Source of the DNA: Thermoplasmata archaeon
GTDB taxonomy: Archaea; Thermoplasmatota; Thermoplasmata; Lutacidiplasmatales; UBA184
NCBI GenBank assembly: GCA_033854115.1
Contig: JAWOKS010000020.1
Location: 1-60,994 of the forward strand
DNA length: 60,994 nt
Direction: 5' to 3'
Made by a program: the position numbers and the translations under genes. The notes under the pieces were generated by a model. It ran no database searches and was not told where the DNA came from. It saw nothing but the letters and a program-made list of their open reading frames with translations. Below, one piece after another: positions 19,131 to 28,622 of this stretch. Position 1 is the first letter of the stretch, and the number at the start of each line of letters is the position of its first letter.

Positions 19131-19737
19131 CGACGGGTTCCGTCCTCAGGGCCCAGAGGTCCACGTCGAGCGCGACCCGGCGCCGGGTGTGGTGCGGAAA
19201 GATCCGCCCCAGCTCCCAGGGGACCGGAACTACCTCGAGGACGTGAGCGTGCCGCGCGACGGCCCGTCGCGCTATAAAGCTTCGGGAGTCGGCGAGCGCG
19301 AACGCGTAGACCCCGCGACGCGCGGAGGCGAAGGCGGCGTCCCAGAACGGGCGGTCGGCGTGCCGCTTCTGGGCCCCGAACGGCGGGTTCATGAGCACGA
19401 GGTCCGCCTCGCGCTCGACCGCCCCGAGGTCCCGCACCTCGAACTCGACCTCCACCTCGGCGTCCCGGGCGGCGGCCCGGGCCACGTCCACCGCCCCGGG
19501 ATCGACCTCCACGCCGACGACCGGGCCGGCCCCGAGCAGCGCCGCGCCGATCGCCAGGCGGCCCGTACCGCACCCGAGGTCGAGGACCGAGCGGCCGGCA
19601 AGACCGTCCCAGCGGTCGGCCGAGGCGAGGAGCGTCGCGGCCGCCTCCGCGGACGTCGCCACCTGCTCGAGGTCGGCCCGGGGCCGCGGGAACGGCGGGA
19701 CCTTCGCGAGGCGGCGGACGAGCTCGGATCGGCGCAC
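19090..19737 (-). CDS. METTL5-like SAM-dependent N6-adenine methyltransferase
   Basis: LEQ, VLDLGCGTGRLAIGA, MNPPFGAQ..HAD, FPHH. Confidence 0.88.
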   Translation of the reverse strand: MRRSELVRRLAKVPPFPRPRADLEQVATSAEAAATLLASADRWDGLAGRSVLDLGCGTGRLAIGAALLGAGPVVGVEVDPGAVDVARAAARDAEVEVEFEVRDLGAVEREADLVLMNPPFGAQKRHADRPFWDAAFASARRGVYAFALADSRSFIARRAVARHAHVLEVVPVPWELGRIFPHHTRRRVALDVDLWALRTEPVDGRARTTGPRPPG

Positions 19738-19794
19738 GCGAGAGCGCTAGCGGGACCGCCCGATGACGTACGCGGCGCGCCGGGTCCGGGAAAG

Positions 19795-19899
19795 TGCGGG
19801 GAGCCGGATTTGAACCGGCGAACGCCTGAGCGGCAGGATCTCTTCGGCGGGAAGCCGCCGTTTAAGTCCTGCGCCGTTACCGGGCTTGGCTATCCCCGC
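19795..19899 (-). tRNA. tRNA-Leu(UAA) with 21-nt intron (19840-19860)
   Basis: Acceptor GCGGGGA/TCCCCGC+A; anticodon arm CAGGA-CTTAAA[intron]A-TCCTG; long variable arm; T arm GCCGG-TTCAAAT-CCGGC; CCA not encoded. Confidence 0.92.
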
Positions 19900-19903
19900 G
19901 GGA

Positions 19904-20203
19904 TCAGCGCGCGGGGACGACGGGCTCTTCCTCGCCTCCCGTGCGGGCGGTCGGGACCTTCTTCAGCGAGACCCGCTTCGGGAAGTACTTGAGGAGCACG
20001 ACGTCGTTCACCGCCGACACCCAGCGGTAGGGAACGCTGGCCGGGCGGGAATCGTCGACTAACATCGGGCTGGTCTCGCCGACGAAGAGCCCGTCGATCT
20101 TCGAGCCCTCGACGTCCACGACGACATTGTCGACCTCGCCGAGCAGGCGCCCGTCAGGGGTGTAGATCTGGCGTCCCAGGAGTTCGGTCATCTCGACCAG
20201 CAT
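19904..20203 (-). CDS. PRC-barrel protein, CdpB-like (archaeal FtsZ-system division protein family)
   Basis: ELLGRQIYTPDGRLLGEVDNVVVD and VPYRWVSAVNDVVLL; 99 aa. Confidence 0.8.
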   Translation of the reverse strand: MLVEMTELLGRQIYTPDGRLLGEVDNVVVDVEGSKIDGLFVGETSPMLVDDSRPASVPYRWVSAVNDVVLLKYFPKRVSLKKVPTARTGGEEEPVVPAR

Positions 20204-20306
20204 GGCCCGTTCCCAAGGCGCGCGAGCCTTCTCGGGCTTCTTATGCCTTTGGGCGGAGCGGAACGGCGGGAAGGGGCCTTTGGGGGTCGGCCGGCCGTCG
20301 CCGCGG

Positions 20307-22100
20307 CTAGACGGACTCCCCCTCGGAAGGAGGGTCGGGCGACGCCTGGCGCACCTGCTTGCGGTACATCTCGAGCAGCTCCTTCGCGGTCGTCGCCTCG
20401 CTCGGGCCCTTGTCGTCGCGGTAGCGGCCGGTGAAGCGGGGGAACCTGAGCGCAAGTCCCGCACCGGCCCGGACGGCCCCGAGCGCGGCGTGGTGGACCG
20501 GGCTCAACGTGAGCTCCGCTCCCCGGACCTCGAGGACGAGCCCGGGGCGGAACCAGCGGTCCGGCTCGACGTCCGTGTCGACCTCCTTCGGGCGCTCGTC
20601 GGTCGCCCAGCGCTCGAGCCGCTTCGGCATCTCGGCCAGCTGCGCGTCATCGAAGCCGCTCCCGACCTTCGTGAACGTCGGGAACCGGTCGCCCTTCGGC
20701 TCGTAGACGGCGAGCAGGAACGCGCCGAACCGCCCGCCACGGCGCCCGCGGCCGTGGAACGCGCCGACCACGACCCCGTCGATCGAGTCGCTCAGGCCGA
20801 CCGTGTAGTCGCGCTTGTACTTGATCCACCAGTAGCCCCGCGCCCCGGCCCGGTAGGCGCTCCCCGGGCGGAGCGACTTCGCGACGACCCCCTCCCCCCC
20901 GCCCGCGATCGCCTCGTCGAGGTACGCGGTCGCGTCCTCGACGTTCGTGACGATCCGCTGCTGGGCGAGGCGGATCCGCTCGGTCGGCCGGAGGAGCTTC
21001 TCGAGCCGTTCGCGGCGCTCGGGGAAGTCGCGGTCGTAGACCGGCGTCCCGCCCGCGAGGAGGACGTCGAACAGGAACAGGCAGACCGGGACCTCGGCGG
21101 TCAGGCGCTCGAGGTCGTGCTTGCGACCCCTCCGCCGCGCGACGTCCTGGAACGGCTGGATCTCGTCGGTGTCGAGGTCGACCGGCACGCACTCGCCCTC
21201 GACGATCGACGGCGCCGCGCGGATCGCCTTCGGAAGCTCGGCGACGAGCTCGGGGAACTGGGCGTCGATCCGCTCGAGCCGGCGGGAGAAGAGCCGGACG
21301 GCCCCGTCCTTCGCAAGATGGGCCTGGACCCGGAGCCCGTCGTACTTGTACTCGAGGGCGGCCCGGCCCTCCATCCGCTCGAGGAGCGAGGCGAGGGTCG
21401 GCTCGCGCTCCGCGAGCATCGGGCGGACCGGACGGCCGACCTCGAGCCCGATCGCGTCGAGCGCGGCGACGCCCCCCTCAGCGAGCGTCCGCGCGACGAG
21501 CCCGAGGTCGCTCGAGAGGTTGAACGCCGCCTCGATCCGTGCGCGCGCCTCTTTCGAGCCGTCGGCGAACGCCTCGCCCAGCGCGTCGAGGATCGTCATC
21601 TCCCGGACCCCGACGCGCAGGGTCCCGAGGACGAACCGGACCAGGAACTTCGCCTCGAGGGGGCTCGCCCGGGCAAGGAGCCCGACCAGCGCCCGGACCT
21701 TCGCCTCCTGCGAGCCCTCGCCCTGGGCGGCCGCGATCGCGCGGAGCCCGTCGTAGACCTCGCGGACCGTGAGCGGCTCGCCCTCGGTGAGCCGGCGGGT
21801 CGCGCCGAGCAGCTCCTGGACGGTCGAGCCGAGGTCCCCCGCGGCCTTCGCCTTGCGGGTGACGGCCGCCTCGTCCACGCCGGTCGCGAGCGCGACCGCG
21901 CGCCGGGCGAGCGAGTCGGCGACCCCGAGCTCGACCCCCTCGTACTCCGGGCGCAGGAGGCCCTGCGAGAGGTAGAGGACCTTCTCGAGGTCGCCGGGCC
22001 GGAGCGGCCGGACGAGCTCGGCGAGCCGGTGCCGCATCTCGAGACGGCTCGAGGTCGCCTCGAGCTGGTCGTACGCCGAGGCGAGGTCAGCGAACCGCAC
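20307..22100 (-). CDS. lig: ATP-dependent DNA ligase
   Basis: PMLA, EYKYDGLRVQAH, FSRRLE, EGE, EGVVAK, WIKYKRDY, KVGSG, LRFPRF..YRDDK. Confidence 0.96.
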   Translation of the reverse strand: MRFADLASAYDQLEATSSRLEMRHRLAELVRPLRPGDLEKVLYLSQGLLRPEYEGVELGVADSLARRAVALATGVDEAAVTRKAKAAGDLGSTVQELLGATRRLTEGEPLTVREVYDGLRAIAAAQGEGSQEAKVRALVGLLARASPLEAKFLVRFVLGTLRVGVREMTILDALGEAFADGSKEARARIEAAFNLSSDLGLVARTLAEGGVAALDAIGLEVGRPVRPMLAEREPTLASLLERMEGRAALEYKYDGLRVQAHLAKDGAVRLFSRRLERIDAQFPELVAELPKAIRAAPSIVEGECVPVDLDTDEIQPFQDVARRRGRKHDLERLTAEVPVCLFLFDVLLAGGTPVYDRDFPERRERLEKLLRPTERIRLAQQRIVTNVEDATAYLDEAIAGGGEGVVAKSLRPGSAYRAGARGYWWIKYKRDYTVGLSDSIDGVVVGAFHGRGRRGGRFGAFLLAVYEPKGDRFPTFTKVGSGFDDAQLAEMPKRLERWATDERPKEVDTDVEPDRWFRPGLVLEVRGAELTLSPVHHAALGAVRAGAGLALRFPRFTGRYRDDKGPSEATTAKELLEMYRKQVRQASPDPPSEGESV

Positions 22101-22779
22101 CGCGTCCCCCGTCCTCGACGGCGACGCGGAGCCGGCGGAGGTTCTCCGCGACCGTTCCGCCTCCGAAGACCGAGTTGCCGCAGACGAAGAACGTCGCGCC
22201 GGCCCGCGCGGCCGGTCCGGCCGTCGCCTCCGTGATCCCCCCGTCGATCGAGACGTCGGCGTCCCGGCCGAGCTCGTCGAGGCACGCGCGCGCCGCCTCG
22301 AGCTTCGGAAGGGCCTCGGGCAGGAACTTCTGGCCGGAGAAGCCGGGATGGACGCTCATCACGAGGAGCTGGTCGAGCCGGTCGGCGAGGGGACGGAGGC
22401 GCGAGAACGGCGTGTCGGGGCGGATCGCGGCTCCCACGTCGACGCCGAGGCGGCGCGCCTCGCGGACGACCTCGGTTGCGTCCGAGCGGGCCTCGAGGTG
22501 GAAGACGAGGGTGTCGGCCCCCGCCCGGTGGAACGCGTCGAGGTAGCGGAGCGGCTCGTCGATCATGAGGTGGAGGTCGAGCGGGAGCTTCGTGCGCGCG
22601 CGCACCGCGCGAACGAGGGCGGGCCCGAAGGAGATGTTCGGGACGAAGTGCCCGTCCATCACGTCGAGGTGGAAGGCGTCCGCGCCCCCCGCCTCCGCCT
22701 CCCGGATCGCGCCGGCGAGGTCCGAAAAATCCGCGCTCAGGAGCGAGGGGGCGAGCCTCGCGCGCCGGCTTCGGGGCAC
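22087..22779 (-). CDS. rpe: Ribulose-phosphate 3-epimerase
   Basis: APSLLSADF, HLDVMDGHFVPN, DLHLM, MSVHPGFSGQ, IDGGI. Confidence 0.95.
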   Translation of the reverse strand: MPRSRRARLAPSLLSADFSDLAGAIREAEAGGADAFHLDVMDGHFVPNISFGPALVRAVRARTKLPLDLHLMIDEPLRYLDAFHRAGADTLVFHLEARSDATEVVREARRLGVDVGAAIRPDTPFSRLRPLADRLDQLLVMSVHPGFSGQKFLPEALPKLEAARACLDELGRDADVSIDGGITEATAGPAARAGATFFVCGNSVFGGGTVAENLRRLRVAVEDGGRGAVR

Positions 22780-22828
22780 GGCGGGCCCCAGCCTCGCCGG
22801 CCTATTAGAGGGCGGTCCGGGGAACGGC

Positions 22829-23317
22829 CTAGAGGAAGTCGGACGGCGATGGGCTGCCGTCGTCGGCGCCGGGGGCGAGCCCGCGCTTCCGCCGCTCGAA
22901 CTCCTCCGGGGTCCAGCGCCCGATCTCCCGGAGGCCCTTCCAGCTCGGCCGGAACCGGCCGATCCGTCGCGGGGCGTCGGGCGAGGGTCGCTTCCAGAAG
23001 TAGAGGTAGACGAGGGCCTCGAGGTAGAGCGCGGGCGCGAGGGTCAGCACCATCCCGGCGGCGCCGAGCGGGCTCAGCTGCGCGTCGGCGGTCCAGAGCA
23101 GCGCGAGCCAGACGTCGACGATGAGGAAGACGAGGCCGAGGTACCACTTCGCCCCCTGCACGAGGAACCACTCGCGCCAGGTCGCCCCCGGTTCCGCGAG
23201 CGCCCGCCGCTTCTCCTCCTGAAGACGGCGGAGCCCTTCCTCGAGCGCCGCCTCCTCGTCCTCGGTGAGCTTGTCGTCCGGCGCCTCGTCCTTCGGCCGA
23301 GCGGGGGGCACGGACAC
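22829..23317 (-). CDS. Hypothetical membrane protein (2 TM)
   Basis: Charged N-terminus, two hydrophobic segments, co-oriented in gene string. Confidence 0.65.
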   Translation of the reverse strand: MSVPPARPKDEAPDDKLTEDEEAALEEGLRRLQEEKRRALAEPGATWREWFLVQGAKWYLGLVFLIVDVWLALLWTADAQLSPLGAAGMVLTLAPALYLEALVYLYFWKRPSPDAPRRIGRFRPSWKGLREIGRWTPEEFERRKRGLAPGADDGSPSPSDFL

Positions 23318-23321
23318 CTCG

Positions 23322-24530
23322 CTACGCCGCCGAGGCCGGGGGCGTGACCGGAGGGGGAGGGGGCAGGGGCGGGAGCTCCGCCAGCGGCGGCGTCGCCTCC
23401 GCGTTCCACGCGGTCGGATAGAGGTGGCAGGCGACCAGGTGGTTCGGCCGGGCCTCGAGGAGCGGCGGCTCGACCTTCGAGCAGATCGGCATCACGGCGG
23501 GGCAGCGCGTGTGGAACCGGCAGCCGGGCGGCGGCGCGGCAGGGCTCGGCACGTCCCCCTGCAGGACGATCCGCTCGCGCTTCAGCTCCGGGTCCGGGAT
23601 CGGGATCGCGGAGAGCAGGGCCTGGGTGTACGGATGCAGCGGCCGCTGGAAGAGGTCCTCGGTCGGGGCCCGCTCGACGACCTTGCCGAGGTACATGACG
23701 ACGACCCGCTGGCTCATCGCCCGGACGACGGAGAGGTGGTGCGAGATGAACAGGTAGGCGAGGCGCTGCTCGGCCTGCAGGCGCCTCAGGATGTTCAGGA
23801 TCTGCGCCTGGACCGAGACGTCGAGCGCGCTCGTCGGCTCGTCGAGGACGATGAACTCCGGGCGGAGGGCGAGGGCGCGCGCGATCCCGATCCGCTGGCG
23901 CTGCCCTCCCGAGAACTCGTGGGGGAACCGCCACTCATGCTCCGGGTTGAGCCCGACGTCCTGGAGGAGCTCGCTCACCCGGCGGCGCCGTTCGGCCCGG
24001 GTGCCGACCCCGTGGATCTCGAGCGGCTCGGCGATGATGTCGCGCACGAGCATGCGGGGGCTGAGGGAGCTGAACGGGTCCTGGAAGACGATCTGGAGCT
24101 TCCCCCGGAGCTCGCGCATCTGGCGCGGGGTGCGCCGGAAGAGCGAGTACTTCTGCGCGTAGTGGTGGAGCTCGAGGAGCGCCCGCTGCGCGTTCGGCGG
24201 AAGGGCCTTTCCGTTCTCCTCGGGTCCGCGCGAGAACGCCTCGAGGTACCCGTAGATCTGGACGAGCCGTTGGTAGATCTCGGGCGGGGGCCGGTAGTAG
24301 GCCTGGCCGGACGACGGCTCGATCAGGCGGAGGAGCAGCCGCCCCGCGGTCGTCTTGCCGCAGCCGGACTCCCCCACGAGCCCGATCGTCTCGCCCTCGC
24401 GGACGTCGAACGACACTCCGTCGACCGCCCGGACGTCGCCGAGGTGGCTCGAGAACAGCCCGCCGCGGATGGGAAAGTACTTCCGCACGTTCCAGGCGGC
24501 GAGCACGACGGGGGCTTCGGGGGTCGCCAT
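23322..24530 (-). CDS. Oligopeptide/dipeptide ABC transporter ATPase (OppF/DppF type)
   Basis: [53 protein letters not shown]. Confidence 0.92.
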   Translation of the reverse strand: MATPEAPVVLAAWNVRKYFPIRGGLFSSHLGDVRAVDGVSFDVREGETIGLVGESGCGKTTAGRLLLRLIEPSSGQAYYRPPPEIYQRLVQIYGYLEAFSRGPEENGKALPPNAQRALLELHHYAQKYSLFRRTPRQMRELRGKLQIVFQDPFSSLSPRMLVRDIIAEPLEIHGVGTRAERRRRVSELLQDVGLNPEHEWRFPHEFSGGQRQRIGIARALALRPEFIVLDEPTSALDVSVQAQILNILRRLQAEQRLAYLFISHHLSVVRAMSQRVVVMYLGKVVERAPTEDLFQRPLHPYTQALLSAIPIPDPELKRERIVLQGDVPSPAAPPPGCRFHTRCPAVMPICSKVEPPLLEARPNHLVACHLYPTAWNAEATPPLAELPPLPPPPPVTPPASAA

Positions 24531-24720
24531 GGTTCCGGACGTTGTGAGGGACCTCGGTCCCGTCCAGCTAGGTCGGCCTCACTAAATAGGCACCCCCCTC
24601 GCGCCCCGCGGGAAACCTCCCGGAAGGCGGGGTCCGCGGGGCGGAGCCGAGACGGGTGCTGGGCTGGTTCCGCCTGCCGGGCCAAGGGGGCCGGGAAAGG
24701 GGGGCTCGACGCCCCGGGGG

Positions 24721-25062
24721 CTATAGGAGGGGGAGCTTCCCGGTGACCGGGTCGAGCTCCCGGGCCCGGGCCGGCCCGACCCCGAGGCACGTGCGGGTGC
24801 CGGGCGGGACCTCGGTGAGCCCCGCGTCCTCGACCCAGACGGTGGGGAGGCGGTTCGCGCGAGCCGCGCGGTCGACCGCCTCGAGGTCGGCGAGCGTGGG
24901 CACGACGACGGCGATCTTCTTCTGACCCTCTCCGAGCCAGGCCTCGAGCGCCTCCGGGGAGCTCCGCTCGGCGCGGCGGACCAGCATCACGGCGGCGTGC
25001 GCGACCTGCACGGCCGCCTTGCCCGGGGTCAGGCGGAGCTCCCCGCGGACCACGAGCACCAT
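24721..25062 (-). CDS. pth2: Peptidyl-tRNA hydrolase Pth2
   Basis: GKAAVQVAHAA, GQKKIAV, DAGLTEVPPGT.TCLGVGP, VTGKLPLL. Confidence 0.94.
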   Translation of the reverse strand: MVLVVRGELRLTPGKAAVQVAHAAVMLVRRAERSSPEALEAWLGEGQKKIAVVVPTLADLEAVDRAARANRLPTVWVEDAGLTEVPPGTRTCLGVGPARARELDPVTGKLPLL

Positions 25063-25093
25063 CTTGTAGCCCCCGTCGCCCGCGGGGGCGGAC

Positions 25094-25633
25094 CTAGGCG
25101 TCGTAGGCCGCCTCCCGGAAGCGCTGGCGGTCCCCGATCGCGCGCCGGAGCTCCTCCAGGCGGAGCTCGAGCGCCGGCCGCTCCTCGGGGGGCACTCCGC
25201 GGCGCAGCGCGCGGAGGAGCCGTCGCTCCTCGGCGTGGAGCTTCTCGAGCTCGACCGTGATCTCCCACGCTCCCCGCTCCCCCGCCTCGACCTCGGGTCG
25301 CCGGGAAGGGGGAGGGGTCCGGGAGAACGCCCCTTCGAGCGCCGCCACCGCCGCGGCGACGAGCGCGACCGCGGCGAGCCCCGCCTCGAGCAGGGGGTCG
25401 CTCCACGTCGCGCGGAAGCCTCCGGGGGCGACCGAAAGGAGGACGTAGCCGACGAGCATGGTCAGGACCACGCTCAGGACGAACGCGAGCACGACCGTCT
25501 CGACCGTCCGCCGGAGCGCGAGCGGTCCCGAGAGGCGCCACTCCGGGAACACCGCCCGGGTGACCGCGTAGCCGGGAACGAAGAAGAGCAGGGCCCCGCC
25601 CGCGAGGACCTCGAAGAGGTCGACGACCGTCAT
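25094..25633 (-). CDS. Membrane protein, DUF1616-like N-terminus with coiled-coil tail
   Basis: LLFFVPGYAVTRAVFP, three TMs, charged helical C-terminus. Confidence 0.65.
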   Translation of the reverse strand: MTVVDLFEVLAGGALLFFVPGYAVTRAVFPEWRLSGPLALRRTVETVVLAFVLSVVLTMLVGYVLLSVAPGGFRATWSDPLLEAGLAAVALVAAAVAALEGAFSRTPPPSRRPEVEAGERGAWEITVELEKLHAEERRLLRALRRGVPPEERPALELRLEELRRAIGDRQRFREAAYDA

Positions 25634-25646
25634 CGAGGGGGTCGTC

Positions 25647-26990
25647 TCACTCCGGGGCGGGGATCGCCGAGCCGCCGAGCTGCTTTTCGAGCTGGCGGCG
25701 GAGCCTTCGGTTCGAGACGAGGCCGTGCGCCGCCTTGCGGGTCATCTCGTACTGCCGGAGGAGGCTCCGGACCTCCTGCGGGCGCTGGCCGCTCCCGCGC
25801 GCGATCCGGTGGACGCGCTCGGCCTTGATGAGGGCCGCGTCGTCGAGCTCCTCGGCGGTCATGGAGTCGAGGATCGAGCGGAAGCGCGCGAGGCGCTTCT
25901 GGGACTCGTCGAGCTGGCGGTCGTCGAGCTTGGCGGCCCCGAACGTGGGGAACATCGACATCAGCTTCGAGAACGGCCCCATCTGCCCGAGCGACTCGAG
26001 CTGGGTGCGCATGTCGCGGAGGGTGAAGCGGCCGCTCATCAGCTTCTTCGCGGCCTCCTCCGCGGCCTGCTTGTTCGACAGCTCCTCGAACCGCTCGAGC
26101 AGCGTCTGGATGTCCCCCATGCCGAGCAGGCGCGAGACGAACCGGGTCGGCTCGAACCGCTCGAGCTCCTCGAGGTGCTCCCCCGTGCCGAGGAAGACGA
26201 TCGGCGCGCCGCTCGCCGCGACCGCGGAGAGGGCGCCACCGCCCTTCGCCGAGCCGTCCATCTTCGTCAGGATGACCCCGGTGAGGCCGACCGCCTGGTG
26301 GAACGCTTCCGCGCTCCGGCCGGCGCTCTGGCCCATCGTCGCGTCGAGCACGAGGAAGACCTCGTCCGGAACGACGATCTCCTTCACGCGCTTCAGCTCG
26401 GCGATCAGCTCGGGGTCGAGCCCGCTGCGCCCGGCCGTGTCCACGATCGTCGCGACGTGGGCGGGGATCCCTGCGAGCGCCTTCTGGACGACGCGCTCCG
26501 CCTTCGGCTCGCTCCGGTCGGCGTAGAAGTCGGCGCCGATCTTCTTCGCGAGCTGCTCGAGCTGGTCGATCGCGGCGGGCCGGTGGACGTCGGCGCCGAC
26601 GAGCGCGACCCGGACCCCCTTCTTCTGGAGGTAGCGCGCGAGCTTCGCCGCGGTGGTCGTCTTCCCCTGGCCGAAGAGGCCCGCGAGGAGGATCCGCTTC
26701 GGCTTCACCTCGAACGGCCGGTCGTGGCCGAGGATCCCCCGGATCTCCTCGTAGATGATCCGGACGAGGAAGTCGCGCAGGCTCGCGCCGGCGGGAGGCT
26801 TCTCCTCCACCGCCCGCTTCCGCACGCGCTTCGTGAGGTCGAGCGCGAGCTGGACGTTCACGTCCGCCTGGAGGAGCGCCCGCTGGATGTCGCGGACGAC
26901 CTCGGCGAGGAGGGCCTCGTCGACGACCGAGCCCCGGGCGATCCGCTGGAGCACCCCGCGGAGGGACTTCCCGAGCGCATCGAGAACCAT
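25647..26990 (-). CDS. srp54: Signal recognition particle protein SRP54
   Basis: ALLQADVN, GQGKTTT, DTAGR, TKMDGSAKGGGALS, M-domain FTLRDM, RIARGSG. Confidence 0.96.
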   Translation of the reverse strand: MVLDALGKSLRGVLQRIARGSVVDEALLAEVVRDIQRALLQADVNVQLALDLTKRVRKRAVEEKPPAGASLRDFLVRIIYEEIRGILGHDRPFEVKPKRILLAGLFGQGKTTTAAKLARYLQKKGVRVALVGADVHRPAAIDQLEQLAKKIGADFYADRSEPKAERVVQKALAGIPAHVATIVDTAGRSGLDPELIAELKRVKEIVVPDEVFLVLDATMGQSAGRSAEAFHQAVGLTGVILTKMDGSAKGGGALSAVAASGAPIVFLGTGEHLEELERFEPTRFVSRLLGMGDIQTLLERFEELSNKQAAEEAAKKLMSGRFTLRDMRTQLESLGQMGPFSKLMSMFPTFGAAKLDDRQLDESQKRLARFRSILDSMTAEELDDAALIKAERVHRIARGSGQRPQEVRSLLRQYEMTRKAAHGLVSNRRLRRQLEKQLGGSAIPAPE

Positions 26991-27140
26991 CGAAGACCTC
27001 CGCCCGTCCGGCGGCCGCTCCGCGGACCGCGCCGCTCCTATAAGTGGGGTTCGAGGCCCGCGGGCGGGACGCGTGCCCCGGTCGGCTCAGGTCGGTCGCA
27101 CGAAATGTGATAAACTGGCGCGGGGCATCGAATCGGCACG

Positions 27141-28598
27141 ATGACGGCGGAGGCGGCGCCCGCCGCTCGTCCTACGCCCCCCAAGCTGAACCCGGTCCGG
27201 GTCCCGATCGCGGAGGAGGACCCCGGGGCGCGCACGCAGGACTTCCGCCGGGTGCTGCACGCCTACTCGCGGGAGGAGGCGGTCCTCGAGGCCCAGCGGT
27301 GCATCCAGTGCCGGAGGCCGTGGTGCGTGGAGGCCTGCCCGATCACCCAGGACTGCCGCGAGTACATCCGGCTCATCGCGGAGGACGACTTCGACGGCGC
27401 GGCGCGCGTGACGCTGCGCGACGACCCGCTCGCGAGCTGCCTCTGCAAGGTCTGCTACCACTATTGCGAGGACGCCTGCGTGATCTCGAAGAAGGGGGTC
27501 CCGATCGCGATCCGCCACCTCAAGCAGGCGGCCCTCGACTACGGCCGCAGCGATCTCACCTACGTCCCGTCGAAGCCCACGGGGCAGCGGGTCGCGGTCG
27601 TCGGGGCGGGTCCGGCGGGCCTCATGGCCGCCTGGGAGCTCGGGATCCGGGGCTACGCGGTGACCGTCTTCGAGCAGGAACGTCGGCCGGGCGGCCTCAT
27701 GCAGACCATCCCCGCCTACCGGATGACGGACGAGGACGTCCGGAAGGACCTCGCACGCTTCCGGGACCTCGATGTCACGATCACCGACGGCACCAAGGTC
27801 GGCACGGAGGTGCCGGTCGAGCGTCTGCTCGAGGAGGGGTACCAGGCGGTCGTCGTCGCGATCGGCACCCCGCTCCACCGTTCGCTCGGGGTGCCGGGGG
27901 AGGACCTCCCGGGGGTCGTCCCGGCCCTCGATCTCCTCAAGGCCGTGAACGCCGGACTGCCGGTGACGCTCGGCCGGGCGATCGTCGTGGTCGGGGGAGG
28001 GGACGTCGCGATGGACGCGGTCCGCACCGCCCTGCGGACGTCGCCCGGGGCGGTCGTCACCCTCGTCTACCGCCGGGAGCGTCCGGAGATGCCCGCGGAC
28101 CCCGAGGAGATCCACGGGGCGGAACGCGAGGGGATCCGCTTCCTCTTCCGCAAGGCGCCCGTCGCGATCGTGGGCCCCGGTCGCGTCGAGGGGCTCGTCG
28201 TTCGATCGGTCGAGCTCGGTCCCCCGGACGCGGGAGGTCGCCGCACGCCGCAGCCGGTCCCGGGCTCGGAGGAGACAATCCCGTGCGACACCGTCGTGGT
28301 CGCGGTGGGCCAGAAAGCGGACCTCACCGGGTTCCCGAGCGGCTTCGACCTCCGGGTCACGTCCCAGGGGTGGCCCGAGGGCCAGGGGCCGGAGCACGCG
28401 ACCGCCGTCTCCGGCGTCTACGCGGTCGGGGGCCGTTCGGTCGTCTACGCGATGGGCGCGGCGATGGAGGCGGTCGCCGAGGTCGACCGCTACCTCGCGG
28501 CGAAGCGCGGGGCCACCGCGGGACCGCGGCCCGACCCGTTCGGCGGCCCGGAGCCGTTCCACCTGCCCGCCGGCTACACGAAACCGATCCGTTCGTAG
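27141..28598 (+). CDS. GltD/SudA/NfnB-like Fe-S flavoprotein (NAD(P)H oxidoreductase)
   Basis: RCIQC..PWCVEACP, CKVC..YCEDAC, VAVVGAGPAG, IPAYR, VVGGGDVAMD, YRR. Confidence 0.88.
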   Translation: MTAEAAPAARPTPPKLNPVRVPIAEEDPGARTQDFRRVLHAYSREEAVLEAQRCIQCRRPWCVEACPITQDCREYIRLIAEDDFDGAARVTLRDDPLASCLCKVCYHYCEDACVISKKGVPIAIRHLKQAALDYGRSDLTYVPSKPTGQRVAVVGAGPAGLMAAWELGIRGYAVTVFEQERRPGGLMQTIPAYRMTDEDVRKDLARFRDLDVTITDGTKVGTEVPVERLLEEGYQAVVVAIGTPLHRSLGVPGEDLPGVVPALDLLKAVNAGLPVTLGRAIVVVGGGDVAMDAVRTALRTSPGAVVTLVYRRERPEMPADPEEIHGAEREGIRFLFRKAPVAIVGPGRVEGLVVRSVELGPPDAGGRRTPQPVPGSEETIPCDTVVVAVGQKADLTGFPSGFDLRVTSQGWPEGQGPEHATAVSGVYAVGGRSVVYAMGAAMEAVAEVDRYLAAKRGATAGPRPDPFGGPEPFHLPAGYTKPIRS

Positions 28599-28622
28599 GC
28601 GGGGAAGGCGGGAGCGATCCGG

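Noticed and set aside
24540-24720. SRP RNA or other ncRNA near srp54 (CCGGAAGG-containing hairpins)
   Set aside because: Too short and lacks a recognisable helix 6/8 context. GC hairpins are expected by chance, and an Rfam search would be needed.
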